Source: Rubrivivax sp. (GTDB taxonomy: Bacteria > Pseudomonadota > Gammaproteobacteria > Burkholderiales > Burkholderiaceae_C). From it: a stretch of DNA of 64,000 nucleotides. Under the pieces are notes generated by a model. The model ran no database searches. It saw nothing but the letters and a program-made list of their open reading frames with translations, and was not told the DNA's origin. The DNA is taken from positions 16,168 through 80,167 of the forward strand of contig JAIYCN010000233.1 of NCBI GenBank assembly GCA_027487995.1, written 5' to 3'. Below, in pieces: positions 55,833-64,000 of the stretch (position 1 is the stretch's first letter; every line of letters starts with the position of its first letter). Position numbers and translations under genes: made by a program.

Positions 55833-56588
55833 CTACGCGGCGGGAAGGTGTCCGAAACTCTCGGAGATCGCCTTTGCAGCCGCGCGCAACTCAGGGACGA
55901 TGCGTTGAAGCACCTCGTCACCCATGCGGGACTTCGGCCCTCTGACGATCAGACAGGCCTGCACTTCACCAAGGCGGGAGAAGATCGGAGCGGCAATGGC
56001 GCGGATGCCCATGACGTTCTCCTCGTCATCCAAAGCCCACCCTTGGGTCTTGGCGCGCGCAACTTCGGCGCGCAACTTGTCGGGCGTTCGAATCGTCCGC
56101 TCCGTCAACGCTGGCAAACCTCCCAGCAGTAACTGGTCGAACAGGGCCTGAGGCCCCCACGCCAGCATCAGCTTGCCCGATGCAGTGCAATGCAGCGACT
56201 CGGCGTCCCCCACAGCGGCGGTCACACGCATGGCCTGGCGGCTCTCCAGCGCGCTGACCACCACGACCTCGGTGCCACGCCGAACACTGATCATCAGGGT
56301 TTCGTCACACAGGTCGCGCAGTTTGAGCATCCACGGCAATCCGACCTCGGCAATCGGTGCCTCACGCAAGTTGTGACTTGCCAAGCTGATCAGGCCCGGG
56401 CCCAGCCGAAAACGCCGAGTCACAGGGTCCTGAACCACGAATTCCTCGGCCGCCAGCGTCCTGAGCAGGCGGTGTGCGATCACCTTGTCCATATCAAGCA
56501 TGCGCCCGATCTCGCTGGCACCTAGATCGTCAACGCCGGGCTTGAACTGCTTGAGGATGAGGAGCGCCTTGGCAACGGTCTTGCTCAT
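55833..56588 (-). CDS. IclR family transcriptional regulator
   Basis: I take MSKTVAKALLILKQF as the start. An N-terminal HTH is followed by an IclR effector domain. It is divergent from the E1 operon. Confidence 0.85.
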   Translation of the reverse strand: MSKTVAKALLILKQFKPGVDDLGASEIGRMLDMDKVIAHRLLRTLAAEEFVVQDPVTRRFRLGPGLISLASHNLREAPIAEVGLPWMLKLRDLCDETLMISVRRGTEVVVVSALESRQAMRVTAAVGDAESLHCTASGKLMLAWGPQALFDQLLLGGLPALTERTIRTPDKLRAEVARAKTQGWALDDEENVMGIRAIAAPIFSRLGEVQACLIVRGPKSRMGDEVLQRIVPELRAAAKAISESFGHLPAA

Positions 56589-56759
56589 GGTCACTTTCTT
56601 GGGCTGGTCATCCGCACATCGTAACCATAGTTGCAACGTTTCGCTTGCATATCTTGAGTTATCGGATGAGTGAGTGGTCGGTGTTAACGATATATATCTT
56701 TTAGAAACGTCGGTTGCTATATTTGCACCCTATTGAACGCATCTCCACAAGGTTCAGAC

Positions 56760-57767
56760 ATGTCATCACCGCCATCGACCGACGCTATCAACGCAGGCGA
56801 GCCCTCTGGCGGCGCGTTGTTGGCCATGTATGAGCGGATGCTGCTGATCCGCCGGACGGAAGAGAGGCTGGGAGCCGACTTCAAGGCGGGCGAGTTGATC
56901 GCCGGCGTACACCTTTACAGCGGCCAAGAGGCCGTGGCGGTTGGCGTGTGCCACCACTTGAGCGACCGCGACTGGATCGCCAGCACCCATCGTGGACACG
57001 GCCACTTTCTTGCGAAGGGCGGCGATCTGCCAGCCATGATGGCGGAGATCCACGCCAAGGCCACGGGTGTGTGCAAGGGTATGGGTGGCACCATGCACGT
57101 CGCCGATTTCTCGCGCGGAATCCTGGGTGCTAACGGGATCGTAGGGGGAGGCGTGAGCCTCATCTGCGGTGCCGCCTACTCCGAGCACCTCAAGGGCGAC
57201 GGTCATGTGGCCGTGGTGTTCTTCGGCGACGGCGCCAGCACTCAAGGTGTGGTGTCCGAGGCCTTGAACTTGGCCGCGCTGTGGAAGTTGCCGATGCTGT
57301 TCGTCTGCGAGAACAACCGGTTCTCGGAGTTTTCGGCCACCTCCACCGTCGTGGCCGGCGAGATTGCCGACCGCGCCGCACCGTACGGCGTGCCTGCTTG
57401 TGTGGTCGATGGCAACGACGTGAATGAGGTGTGGGAGGCCGCACGGCGGGCAGTCGCCCGGGCGCGATCCGGCCAGGGCCCCACCCTCATTGAGGCCATG
57501 ACGTACCGCCTGTCCGGTCACGTGGAGGCTGAAACGGGTTTCCTTCAAGGTGCTCGCTACCGAGAGGCTGCCGAAGTGGAGGAGTGGATCGAGCGTGACC
57601 CGCTGCGGCGTTCGGCACAGGTGCTCCAGGCCCGCGGCATAGCCGTGGCGGCTGACATAGATGCGATCGAAGCGCGTGTCATGGATGCGGTTGAGAGGGC
57701 CGTCGAGTTCGCCAAGAACAGCCCGCCCCCGCCTGATACGCAGGCGCTTGAGTTCGTCTACGCCTAA
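56760..57767 (+). CDS. TPP-dependent 2-oxoacid/acetoin-type dehydrogenase E1 alpha subunit
   Basis: It has the YSGQEAVAVG...HRGHGH and GDGASTQG...CENN TPP motifs. I chose the ATG at 56760; the ORF track starts at the TTG at 56733. Confidence 0.85.
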   Translation: MSSPPSTDAINAGEPSGGALLAMYERMLLIRRTEERLGADFKAGELIAGVHLYSGQEAVAVGVCHHLSDRDWIASTHRGHGHFLAKGGDLPAMMAEIHAKATGVCKGMGGTMHVADFSRGILGANGIVGGGVSLICGAAYSEHLKGDGHVAVVFFGDGASTQGVVSEALNLAALWKLPMLFVCENNRFSEFSATSTVVAGEIADRAAPYGVPACVVDGNDVNEVWEAARRAVARARSGQGPTLIEAMTYRLSGHVEAETGFLQGARYREAAEVEEWIERDPLRRSAQVLQARGIAVAADIDAIEARVMDAVERAVEFAKNSPPPPDTQALEFVYA

Positions 57768-57795
57768 CGGCCCCTTTTTCCTTCGAGACCTCGAT

Positions 57796-58773
57796 ATGGC
57801 CAAACGCCGCCTCATTCAAGCGATCAACGATGCCCTGGTAGAAGAGATGACGCGCGACGAACGCGTCATCCTCTTCGGTGAAGACGTCGAGATCAGCCTC
57901 TTTGGGGACACACGCGGCTTGTCTGAGCGCTTCGGTCCCACTCGAATCCGAAACACCCCGATCTGCGAAACCTTGATCACCGGAATGGCCCTGGGGGCTG
58001 CCGCCGCTGGCCATCGCGTCGTGGCCCACATGATGTTCGCCAACTTCGTTTACACGGGGTTTGACTCGATCGCCAATCAGGCGGCCAAGCTGCGCTACAT
58101 GACCGGTGGTCAGGCTAGGCTGCCGGTGACCTATGTGGCGGCCTATGGAGGCGGCAAGTCCATCGCAGCCCACCACTCGGATACGCCCTACCCGATGCTG
58201 ATGAACCTCAGCGGAATCCAGGTGGTGGTGCCATCGACCCCGGCAGACGCCAAGGGCTTGATGAAGGCGTGTATCCGTGGTGACAACCCGAGTTTCTTCC
58301 TGGAAGCCGGTGGGCGGGGGGGCGAGATGGGTGACGTGCCGGACGAGGACTTCGTCATCCCGCTCGGGCAAGCCGCGGTGCGGCGCGAGGGAGGTGACGT
58401 AACGGTGGTCGCCATCGGCTCGATGGTCAAGCTGGCTCTGCAAGCCGCACAACTGGAGTACGAAACCAGTGGGCTGAACGCAGAAGTGATCGATCCCCGA
58501 ACCCTGGTTCCGCTGGACATCGGATCGATCGTGAAGTCGGTGCAAAAGACAGGTCGCCTGGTGATCGTCGACGAATCGCGCGACTGCTGCAGTGCGGCCA
58601 GCCACATCGCAGCAGTCGTAGCCGATGAGGCCTTCGAATCCTTGAAGGCCCCCATCAAGCGAGTCACGGTTCCCGACGTGCCCATGCCGTATGCCCCCAA
58701 TCTTGAAAAGCTGGTGATGCCCAGCGTTCCCCGCATTCAAGCCGCCATCACGGCGGTTACCCGTCAACTTTGA
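57796..58773 (+). CDS. E1 beta subunit (transketolase-like pyrimidine-binding / C-terminal domains)
   Basis: I take MAKRRLIQAINDALVEEMTRDERVILFGEDV as the start, inside ORF 57661-58773. Confidence 0.85.
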   Translation: MAKRRLIQAINDALVEEMTRDERVILFGEDVEISLFGDTRGLSERFGPTRIRNTPICETLITGMALGAAAAGHRVVAHMMFANFVYTGFDSIANQAAKLRYMTGGQARLPVTYVAAYGGGKSIAAHHSDTPYPMLMNLSGIQVVVPSTPADAKGLMKACIRGDNPSFFLEAGGRGGEMGDVPDEDFVIPLGQAAVRREGGDVTVVAIGSMVKLALQAAQLEYETSGLNAEVIDPRTLVPLDIGSIVKSVQKTGRLVIVDESRDCCSAASHIAAVVADEAFESLKAPIKRVTVPDVPMPYAPNLEKLVMPSVPRIQAAITAVTRQL

Positions 58774-58780
58774 GGATCAC

Positions 58781-59032
58781 GTGAAGGTCAATCTCAAGCT
58801 CTCCCGCGTCGGCATGAACATGGAGTCGGCCACCATCAGCCAATGGCATAAGTCTCCGGGCCAGCGCTTCGCGAAGGGCGAGGCGCTGTACGACATCGAA
58901 AGCGAAAAGGTGACGATGGAGATTGAAGCTCCCTGCGACGGTCTGCTCCTTTCAATTGCTGTTGCTGCCGGAAGCGACGTCAACGTCGGCGATACCGTTT
59001 GCACCATCGACAACAACCCGGCTGCATCATGA
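58781..59032 (+). CDS. free-standing lipoyl/biotinyl-attachment domain protein (83 aa)
   Basis: It has a GTG start with GAGGA upstream. ...GEALYDIESEKVTMEIEAPCDGLL carries the lipoyl-lysine context. No E2 catalytic domain follows. Confidence 0.75.
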   Translation: MKVNLKLSRVGMNMESATISQWHKSPGQRFAKGEALYDIESEKVTMEIEAPCDGLLLSIAVAAGSDVNVGDTVCTIDNNPAAS

Positions 59033-60366
59033 ATCAACCCATCGAAAGCGGAGTAACCGCAACCGCTCGGACCGCTGAACTCGCGCAGAGGGCCATGGCG
59101 GTGATGCCTGGGCGCCAAAGCAACCTGCGTGCGAGTCCCGAGCCGGCCGTCTTTATAGAGCGTGGCCTGGGGCAGCGGCTGTGGGACGTGGACGGCCGAG
59201 AGCTCATCGACTTCGCCATCGGCATGGGTCCCGGAATCTGGGGCCATGGTCACCGGGAATATCTGAAGACACTGCACGAGCAACTCGACAAGCTGTTCGT
59301 AATTGCATCCGGCATGCTGCAGACAGCCAATGAGGTGGTCTTGGCGGAGCACATCGTCAAGAACGTACCCTGTGCCGACAAGGTTCGATTTGTGACCACC
59401 GGCTCGGAGGCCGTGCAGATGGTGGTGCGGCTGGCGCGAGCCTATACCGGCCGGCGCCTGTTTGTTCGCTTCGATGGGCATTACCACGGCTGGCTTGACA
59501 ACGTGTTGGGTGGCCGTGCCGACGCAGCCGAAGACGCTCTACCCTTCGCGCGCGAGAACGAGCACGACCCCATGCATACCGAGGGTCGCTCACATCTGGC
59601 CTTCCAGGAGTCGCTCAAGATTCCTTGGAACGACGCAGATGCACTCGAGACTCTGCTCAAGCGATGTGGCCACGAGGTTGCACTGGTGATCATGGAAGGG
59701 GCCATGACCAACGGGGGCTGCTGCCTACCCAAGCCCGGCTATCTGGAGCGGGTGCGGGAACTGTGCACGCAGTACGGCGTGATCTTCTGCATTGATGAGG
59801 TGATCACGGGGTTCCGAATGGGCCTCTCCGGTGCGCAAGGCCATTACGGCGTGACGCCGGATGTATCGAGCTTCGGCAAGGCCATAGCCGGTGGAATGCC
59901 GCTGGCGGCTGTGGCCGGGCGTGAAGACTTGATGGACCTCATCCGCACGAACCGTGTGGTGGGCGCTGGGACTTTCAACGCCGCACCCATGAGCATGGCT
60001 GCTGGCGTGACCACGATGCGAATGCTGGAGCGCGATGAAGGAGCCGTATACCGCCAGATCGATCGCCTCCAAGGCCTGTTCATGCAGGAGTTTCGGCAGC
60101 TCGCCCAACGCCATGGGCACGCCATGTTGATCCAGGGCGTTCGTGGCGTTTTCTGTGGGCACTTCACGGATTTGCAGGTAGCACACACGCCAGCGCAGCT
60201 GGCGGCACATGCCGACCGGCAAAAGGCAGCGCGATTCCGCCTTGCGCTGATTGAAGAAGGTGTGTACCCAGGTCGGGGAGACCGCTACTTCGTGGGTGCG
60301 GGGCTCACCGAAGAAGACCTCGCAGACGGACTGCGACGCATCGACCGGGCCTTGGCCCGTATCTGA
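59029..60366 (+). CDS. class-III (GSA-aminomutase-like) PLP aminotransferase
   Basis: I take MNQPIESGV as the start, in an ATGA overlap. It has the TTGSEAVQ, IDEVITGFR and SFGKAIAGGMP motifs. Confidence 0.85.
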   Translation: MNQPIESGVTATARTAELAQRAMAVMPGRQSNLRASPEPAVFIERGLGQRLWDVDGRELIDFAIGMGPGIWGHGHREYLKTLHEQLDKLFVIASGMLQTANEVVLAEHIVKNVPCADKVRFVTTGSEAVQMVVRLARAYTGRRLFVRFDGHYHGWLDNVLGGRADAAEDALPFARENEHDPMHTEGRSHLAFQESLKIPWNDADALETLLKRCGHEVALVIMEGAMTNGGCCLPKPGYLERVRELCTQYGVIFCIDEVITGFRMGLSGAQGHYGVTPDVSSFGKAIAGGMPLAAVAGREDLMDLIRTNRVVGAGTFNAAPMSMAAGVTTMRMLERDEGAVYRQIDRLQGLFMQEFRQLAQRHGHAMLIQGVRGVFCGHFTDLQVAHTPAQLAAHADRQKAARFRLALIEEGVYPGRGDRYFVGAGLTEEDLADGLRRIDRALARI

Positions 60367-60388
60367 AGGCTTGCTCGCCGCACTGCGC

Positions 60389-61156
60389 ATGGAGATCTTG
60401 CAGCACATGGTGTTCGGCACCGCCGCTGGGCTGCTGATGTACCTGAGCGGAGTGGGCGGCGGCGTTCTGGTGGTGCCATCGCTGATCGTCCTCTTCGGCC
60501 TTGAGCCAGTCTTGGCGGTAGGAACGGCCAGCGTGTTTTCCTTTGTGTTCAAAGTGGGCGCAGGATGGAGCCACGGATGCCGTGGTCATGTGTCAGCAGG
60601 CCTGCTGCGTGTATTCCTACCCGCGGCCTTGGCGGCCTGCACCGCCAGCGCAGTGATGGTGTCTTGGCTGCACAGCACCATGGCTGATCACCAGAGCCTC
60701 GACCTGGTGCTGCAGTGCCTGACCGTCAGTGCTGGCCTGATGGCCTGGATGAGCCTGTATATCAACCGCTGGGAGGTGATGCTGCAGCGGTTGGGATTGC
60801 CTGCCCTGGCAGCCACATCGGGCGCATTGGTAGGCGCCACCGGCACCGGTGGCGGTGTACTGGTCACACCAGCCTTGTTGTCCGTCACATCCGAGTCCGC
60901 CAAGACAGTGGTGGGAACCTCGCTTGTGATCGGCTTGGCGCTTTCAGGCGTCACGAGCCTGGCCTTCGGTTTCCATAACGCCGTGGCTTGGCGCGTGGTT
61001 GTTGCCGTCTGCGCAGGCGGGTTGATCGCTCTGTTGTTCGGCCCTTGGGTCTTTCAAAGGCTAAGCCCCGTTCATATTCGCCGGCTGACATCAACCTTGA
61101 TTGGCCTGGCTCTGCTCGGGCTGGTGTCGCAGATGCTCAAAGCGCATTGGGCTTGA
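60389..61156 (+). CDS. TauE/SafE family sulfite / organosulfonate exporter
   Basis: I take MEILQHMVFG as the start. Two GxGGGxLxxP repeats are present (GVGGGVLVVPSL, GTGGGVLVTPAL) and the protein is multi-TM. Confidence 0.8.
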   Translation: MEILQHMVFGTAAGLLMYLSGVGGGVLVVPSLIVLFGLEPVLAVGTASVFSFVFKVGAGWSHGCRGHVSAGLLRVFLPAALAACTASAVMVSWLHSTMADHQSLDLVLQCLTVSAGLMAWMSLYINRWEVMLQRLGLPALAATSGALVGATGTGGGVLVTPALLSVTSESAKTVVGTSLVIGLALSGVTSLAFGFHNAVAWRVVVAVCAGGLIALLFGPWVFQRLSPVHIRRLTSTLIGLALLGLVSQMLKAHWA

Positions 61157-61165
61157 TTGAGGGAG

Positions 61166-62629
61166 ATGAGCGTGAGCCTTGAACCAGAAGCGACCACCCT
61201 ACCTGTACCGCGAATATTGATCAATGGTGAGTGGCGGGAAGGTGCTGGGGATACGCAGTGGAAGCTGCTGAACCCGGCTACTGAGCAAGCCTTACAAAGT
61301 TACCGCGGAGCCACTTCGCAAGACCTTGATACGGCGCTACTGGCGGCGCAACAAGCACTCAAACCCTGGGGTCAGACGCCCGCCTTTCAGCGCGCGCAAC
61401 TGATCGAACAAGGGCTACAGAAGGTGCTCGGCTCCATCGATGAAATGAGCCGCTGGCTGACGGTCGAGCAGGGCAAAACCCTGGGCGAGTCACGCCTGGA
61501 AATCCAGGTAGCTGTTGAGATGGTGCGTTGGTTCGCACAGGAGGGACGGCGCATCCATGGTCGCACGATCCCCTCGCGCCTTCCGCAGGGCGTGGTCACC
61601 GTCATACCTCGCCCAGCCGGTGTGGCCCTTGCGATCTCCCCATGGAACTACCCAGTCATCCTGTGCGCGCGCAAAGTTGGCGCAGCCTTGGCAGCAGGCT
61701 GCAGCGTCATCGCCAAGTTGCCGGAGGAAACGCCGGTGGCCGTCGGGGCATTTCTGTCGGCGCTCAATCAGGCCCTACCACCGGGCGTACTGCAGGCGGT
61801 GTTCGGAGATGCCAAGGCCCTGTGCTCGCAAGCGATCGCCAGCCCCGTGGTTCGCAACGTGAGCTTCACTGGATCTGTTGCGGTGGGTCGCGCTCTGGCA
61901 CATCAATGCAGCGCCGATTTCAAGCGTGCGACCCTCGAGTTGGGTGGACACGCGCCTGTGATCGTGTGTCGCGACGCACCACTTGAATCTGTGGCCAACC
62001 TGCTGGTTGCCCACAAGCACCGCAATGCTGGGCAGGCCTGCATGGCCCCTTCGCGGCTCTATGTAGACCAGGGCGTGTTGCCTGCCTTCACCGATCACTA
62101 CGTTGCCGCGATGCGTCGACTGCGGGTAGGCAACGGCATCAAGGCCGACATCGACATGGGGCCGGTGCAAAACCACCGGCGCCAGGCGGCGCTCGAGTTC
62201 TTGATCGAGGATGCCCGGTCGCATGGCGCGGACGTGGTGCAGGGTCCGTCTGTTGAGGGCCCAGGCTTCTTCGTACCCCCAACCGTACTGCTGGGCAACA
62301 TGGAGGGTGCTCGGGTTATGCAGGACGAACCTTTCGGGCCGGTTTGCGCGATCCAAGGTTTCTCTACTCTGGATGAAGCCATTGCGCGTGCCAACGCCAG
62401 CCGCCTCGGGCTGGCGGGCTACCTGTTCACCGATAGCGCGTCGATCCAAGCCCGCTGCATGCGCGAATTGGAGGTCGGTGCACTGTCCATCAACAACGTG
62501 ATGGTCTCAATGCCAGAGGCGCCATTCGGTGGGCTCAAGGACAGCGGCTTGGGTGCTGAAAGCGGCATCGAGGGACTGAGCGCCTACCTGGCCCCCATGA
62601 GCGTCCACACCACACCAATAGCGCCTTGA
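61166..62629 (+). CDS. NAD(P)+ aldehyde dehydrogenase (succinate-semialdehyde dehydrogenase-like)
   Basis: It has ELGGHAP and NAGQACMAPSR catalytic motifs. The ATG has GAGGGA upstream. The ORF track starts at 61157. Confidence 0.85.
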   Translation: MSVSLEPEATTLPVPRILINGEWREGAGDTQWKLLNPATEQALQSYRGATSQDLDTALLAAQQALKPWGQTPAFQRAQLIEQGLQKVLGSIDEMSRWLTVEQGKTLGESRLEIQVAVEMVRWFAQEGRRIHGRTIPSRLPQGVVTVIPRPAGVALAISPWNYPVILCARKVGAALAAGCSVIAKLPEETPVAVGAFLSALNQALPPGVLQAVFGDAKALCSQAIASPVVRNVSFTGSVAVGRALAHQCSADFKRATLELGGHAPVIVCRDAPLESVANLLVAHKHRNAGQACMAPSRLYVDQGVLPAFTDHYVAAMRRLRVGNGIKADIDMGPVQNHRRQAALEFLIEDARSHGADVVQGPSVEGPGFFVPPTVLLGNMEGARVMQDEPFGPVCAIQGFSTLDEAIARANASRLGLAGYLFTDSASIQARCMRELEVGALSINNVMVSMPEAPFGGLKDSGLGAESGIEGLSAYLAPMSVHTTPIAP

Positions 62630-62675
62630 CCATGCCCCCGAGTCCTCACGCCTTCTCGTCTGAATGGAGTTTTCG

Positions 62676-63434
62676 ATGAACACCCGCACACGCGTGGCCC
62701 TGATCACAGGGGGTGCCACCGGATTGGGACGCGCCATGGCCGAACGCCTGGCTGCCGATGGTCTGCGCATCGTCATTGGCGACCTTCGCGGTGCGCAGGA
62801 GGCCGCGCAAGCAATCCAGGATCAGCACGGAGTGGACTGCCTGGGCCTGCACATGGACGTGACCGATGCGGTCAGTATTCAAGAGACCGTTGACGCCGCC
62901 GCTTCCCGCTTCGGCGGCATCGACGTGCTCGTGAACAACGCGGCCCTCTTTTCCACCTTGGTCAACCGGCCATTCGATCAATACGACGCTGAAGAATGGA
63001 TGCAGGTCATGCGGGTCAACACGCTCGGACCCTTCCTGTGTGCCAAGGCTGTGGCTCCCCACATGAAGCAGCAGCGCTGGGGCCGCATCATCAACGTAGC
63101 TTCCACATCGGCCCTCAAGGGCCTTGCCAACATGGCGCACTACGTCACCAGCAAGGGAGCGGTCATCACCTTCACCCGTGTGCTGGCTCGGGAACTCGGA
63201 GCCTGGGAGATCACGGCCAACGCCATTGCCCCGGGCCTGACGCTGTCGGACCAGATCCTTCAGAACGATGCCCATGTGCAGCAGTTCGGGGAAGCGATCC
63301 GAAAGTCACGCTCCATCCAGCGCGATGCCTACCCCTCAGATCTGGTCGGCACGGTGAGCTTTCTGGCAGGCGACGATTCGGCCTTCATGACCGGCCAGAC
63401 TCTTTGCGTGGAAGGCGGAGCCGTCTTCGTCTGA
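62676..63434 (+). CDS. SDR family oxidoreductase
   Basis: It has the TGGATGLG, NNAA and YVTSK motifs. The ATG has GGAG upstream. The ORF track starts at 62664. Confidence 0.85.
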   Translation: MNTRTRVALITGGATGLGRAMAERLAADGLRIVIGDLRGAQEAAQAIQDQHGVDCLGLHMDVTDAVSIQETVDAAASRFGGIDVLVNNAALFSTLVNRPFDQYDAEEWMQVMRVNTLGPFLCAKAVAPHMKQQRWGRIINVASTSALKGLANMAHYVTSKGAVITFTRVLARELGAWEITANAIAPGLTLSDQILQNDAHVQQFGEAIRKSRSIQRDAYPSDLVGTVSFLAGDDSAFMTGQTLCVEGGAVFV

Positions 63435-63468
63435 TGGCCTTCCAACTTCATCCAAGGAAGGTCCCGCG

Positions 63469-64000
63469 ATGAGCGCCAAGCCCCTGCGCAATGTCATCTT
63501 CATCATGTGCGACCAGCTGCGCCATGACCACCTTGGGTTCAACGGGCACCCGCACATGTGCACGCCGAACCTGGACAGTCTGGCCCGCCGCTCGACCTTT
63601 TTCAACCATGCCTATGTGCAGGCTGGCGTCTGCGGTCCCAGCCGCATGAGTTACTACACCGGTCGCTATGTGTCTTCACACGGCGTGACCTGGAACAGGG
63701 TGCCCCTATCGGTTTCGCAGCGTACGCTCGGCGATCACTTCCGCGCCGCAGGCCGGGAGTTGCATCTCGTGGGCAAGTCTCATGTGATCCCCGACGTGGA
63801 AGGTCTGGCACGACTGGGCGTAGACAAGGGATCAGCCATCTGGCGCCACGTGGCGGCAGGCGGCTTCAGCGAAATCGACCGTATCGACGGTCATGCGGAG
63901 CCTGGACCTGAGAGTCGATACGGCGACTTCCTTCGGCGCACCGGGTACGCGGGAGACCGGCCTTGGCACGACCACGTTATCAGTGGCGTGAACGAGCAGG
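63469..64000 (+). CDS. sulfatase family protein (N-terminal part; continues beyond the window)
   Basis: My translation is MSAKPLRNVIFIMCDQLRHDHLGF...AGVCGPSRMSYYTGR, which contains the C-x-P-S-R formylglycine motif. It is absent from the ORF track because it is open-ended. Confidence 0.8.
   Translation, partial: MSAKPLRNVIFIMCDQLRHDHLGFNGHPHMCTPNLDSLARRSTFFNHAYVQAGVCGPSRMSYYTGRYVSSHGVTWNRVPLSVSQRTLGDHFRAAGRELHLVGKSHVIPDVEGLARLGVDKGSAIWRHVAAGGFSEIDRIDGHAEPGPESRYGDFLRRTGYAGDRPWHDHVISGVNEQ

Overview
A 64-kb, visibly high-GC chromosome segment. Gene content and synteny look betaproteobacterial, possibly Comamonadaceae-like; this is a guess, since I could run no searches. All calls come from reading the six-frame translations and the DNA by eye.

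**1-31.5 kb: mostly housekeeping.**
- pyrC'-pyrB-pyrR-ruvX-yqgE, then a photolyase.
- A 4-gene translationally coupled chemosensory remnant: rubredoxin, receiver, CheW-like protein, and a CheA/ChpA-like protein with degenerate motifs.
- thiD-like, hemL, mpl, a secreted Zn-metalloprotease, fabG-like, an RNase II-family gene, aroE, mtgA, tlpA-like, accBC, prmA, tdk and selO.
- An S8 protease with three SLH-like repeats.

**31.6-36.4 kb: gentisate-pathway module 1.** It contains an FAH-family hydrolase, gentisate 1,2-dioxygenase, 3-hydroxybenzoate 6-hydroxylase-like gene, MarR and a Bug/TctC binding protein.

**36.4-45.5 kb: the accessory core, which I read as a decayed sedentary integron.**
- A plus-strand intI N-terminal stub is frameshifted and then cut off by a 50-nt tRNA 3' fragment.
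- An attI-like junction follows, then five attC-like imperfect palindromes of 97-129 bp that share conserved ends.
- The minus-strand cassettes carry GNAT acetyltransferases (several decayed), HigBA-2-like and BrnTA toxin-antitoxin pairs, and an orphan ORF.
- One 3.4-kb attC-to-attC interval holds a host-like LytS/LytTR two-component system.

**45.5-64 kb: a less GC-rich catabolic block.**
- A second, diverged gentisate dioxygenase/FAH pair with a 69-nt tandem duplication at its 5' end.
- A TonB-dependent receptor, an aromatic-acid MFS transporter, an arylsulfotransferase, a VOC protein, an FAD monooxygenase and an IclR regulator.
- An unusual operon: TPP E1 alpha/beta, free-standing lipoyl domain, class-III aminotransferase, TauE/SafE exporter, aldehyde dehydrogenase, SDR and sulfatase.

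No rRNA gene, intact tRNA gene or CRISPR array was seen.
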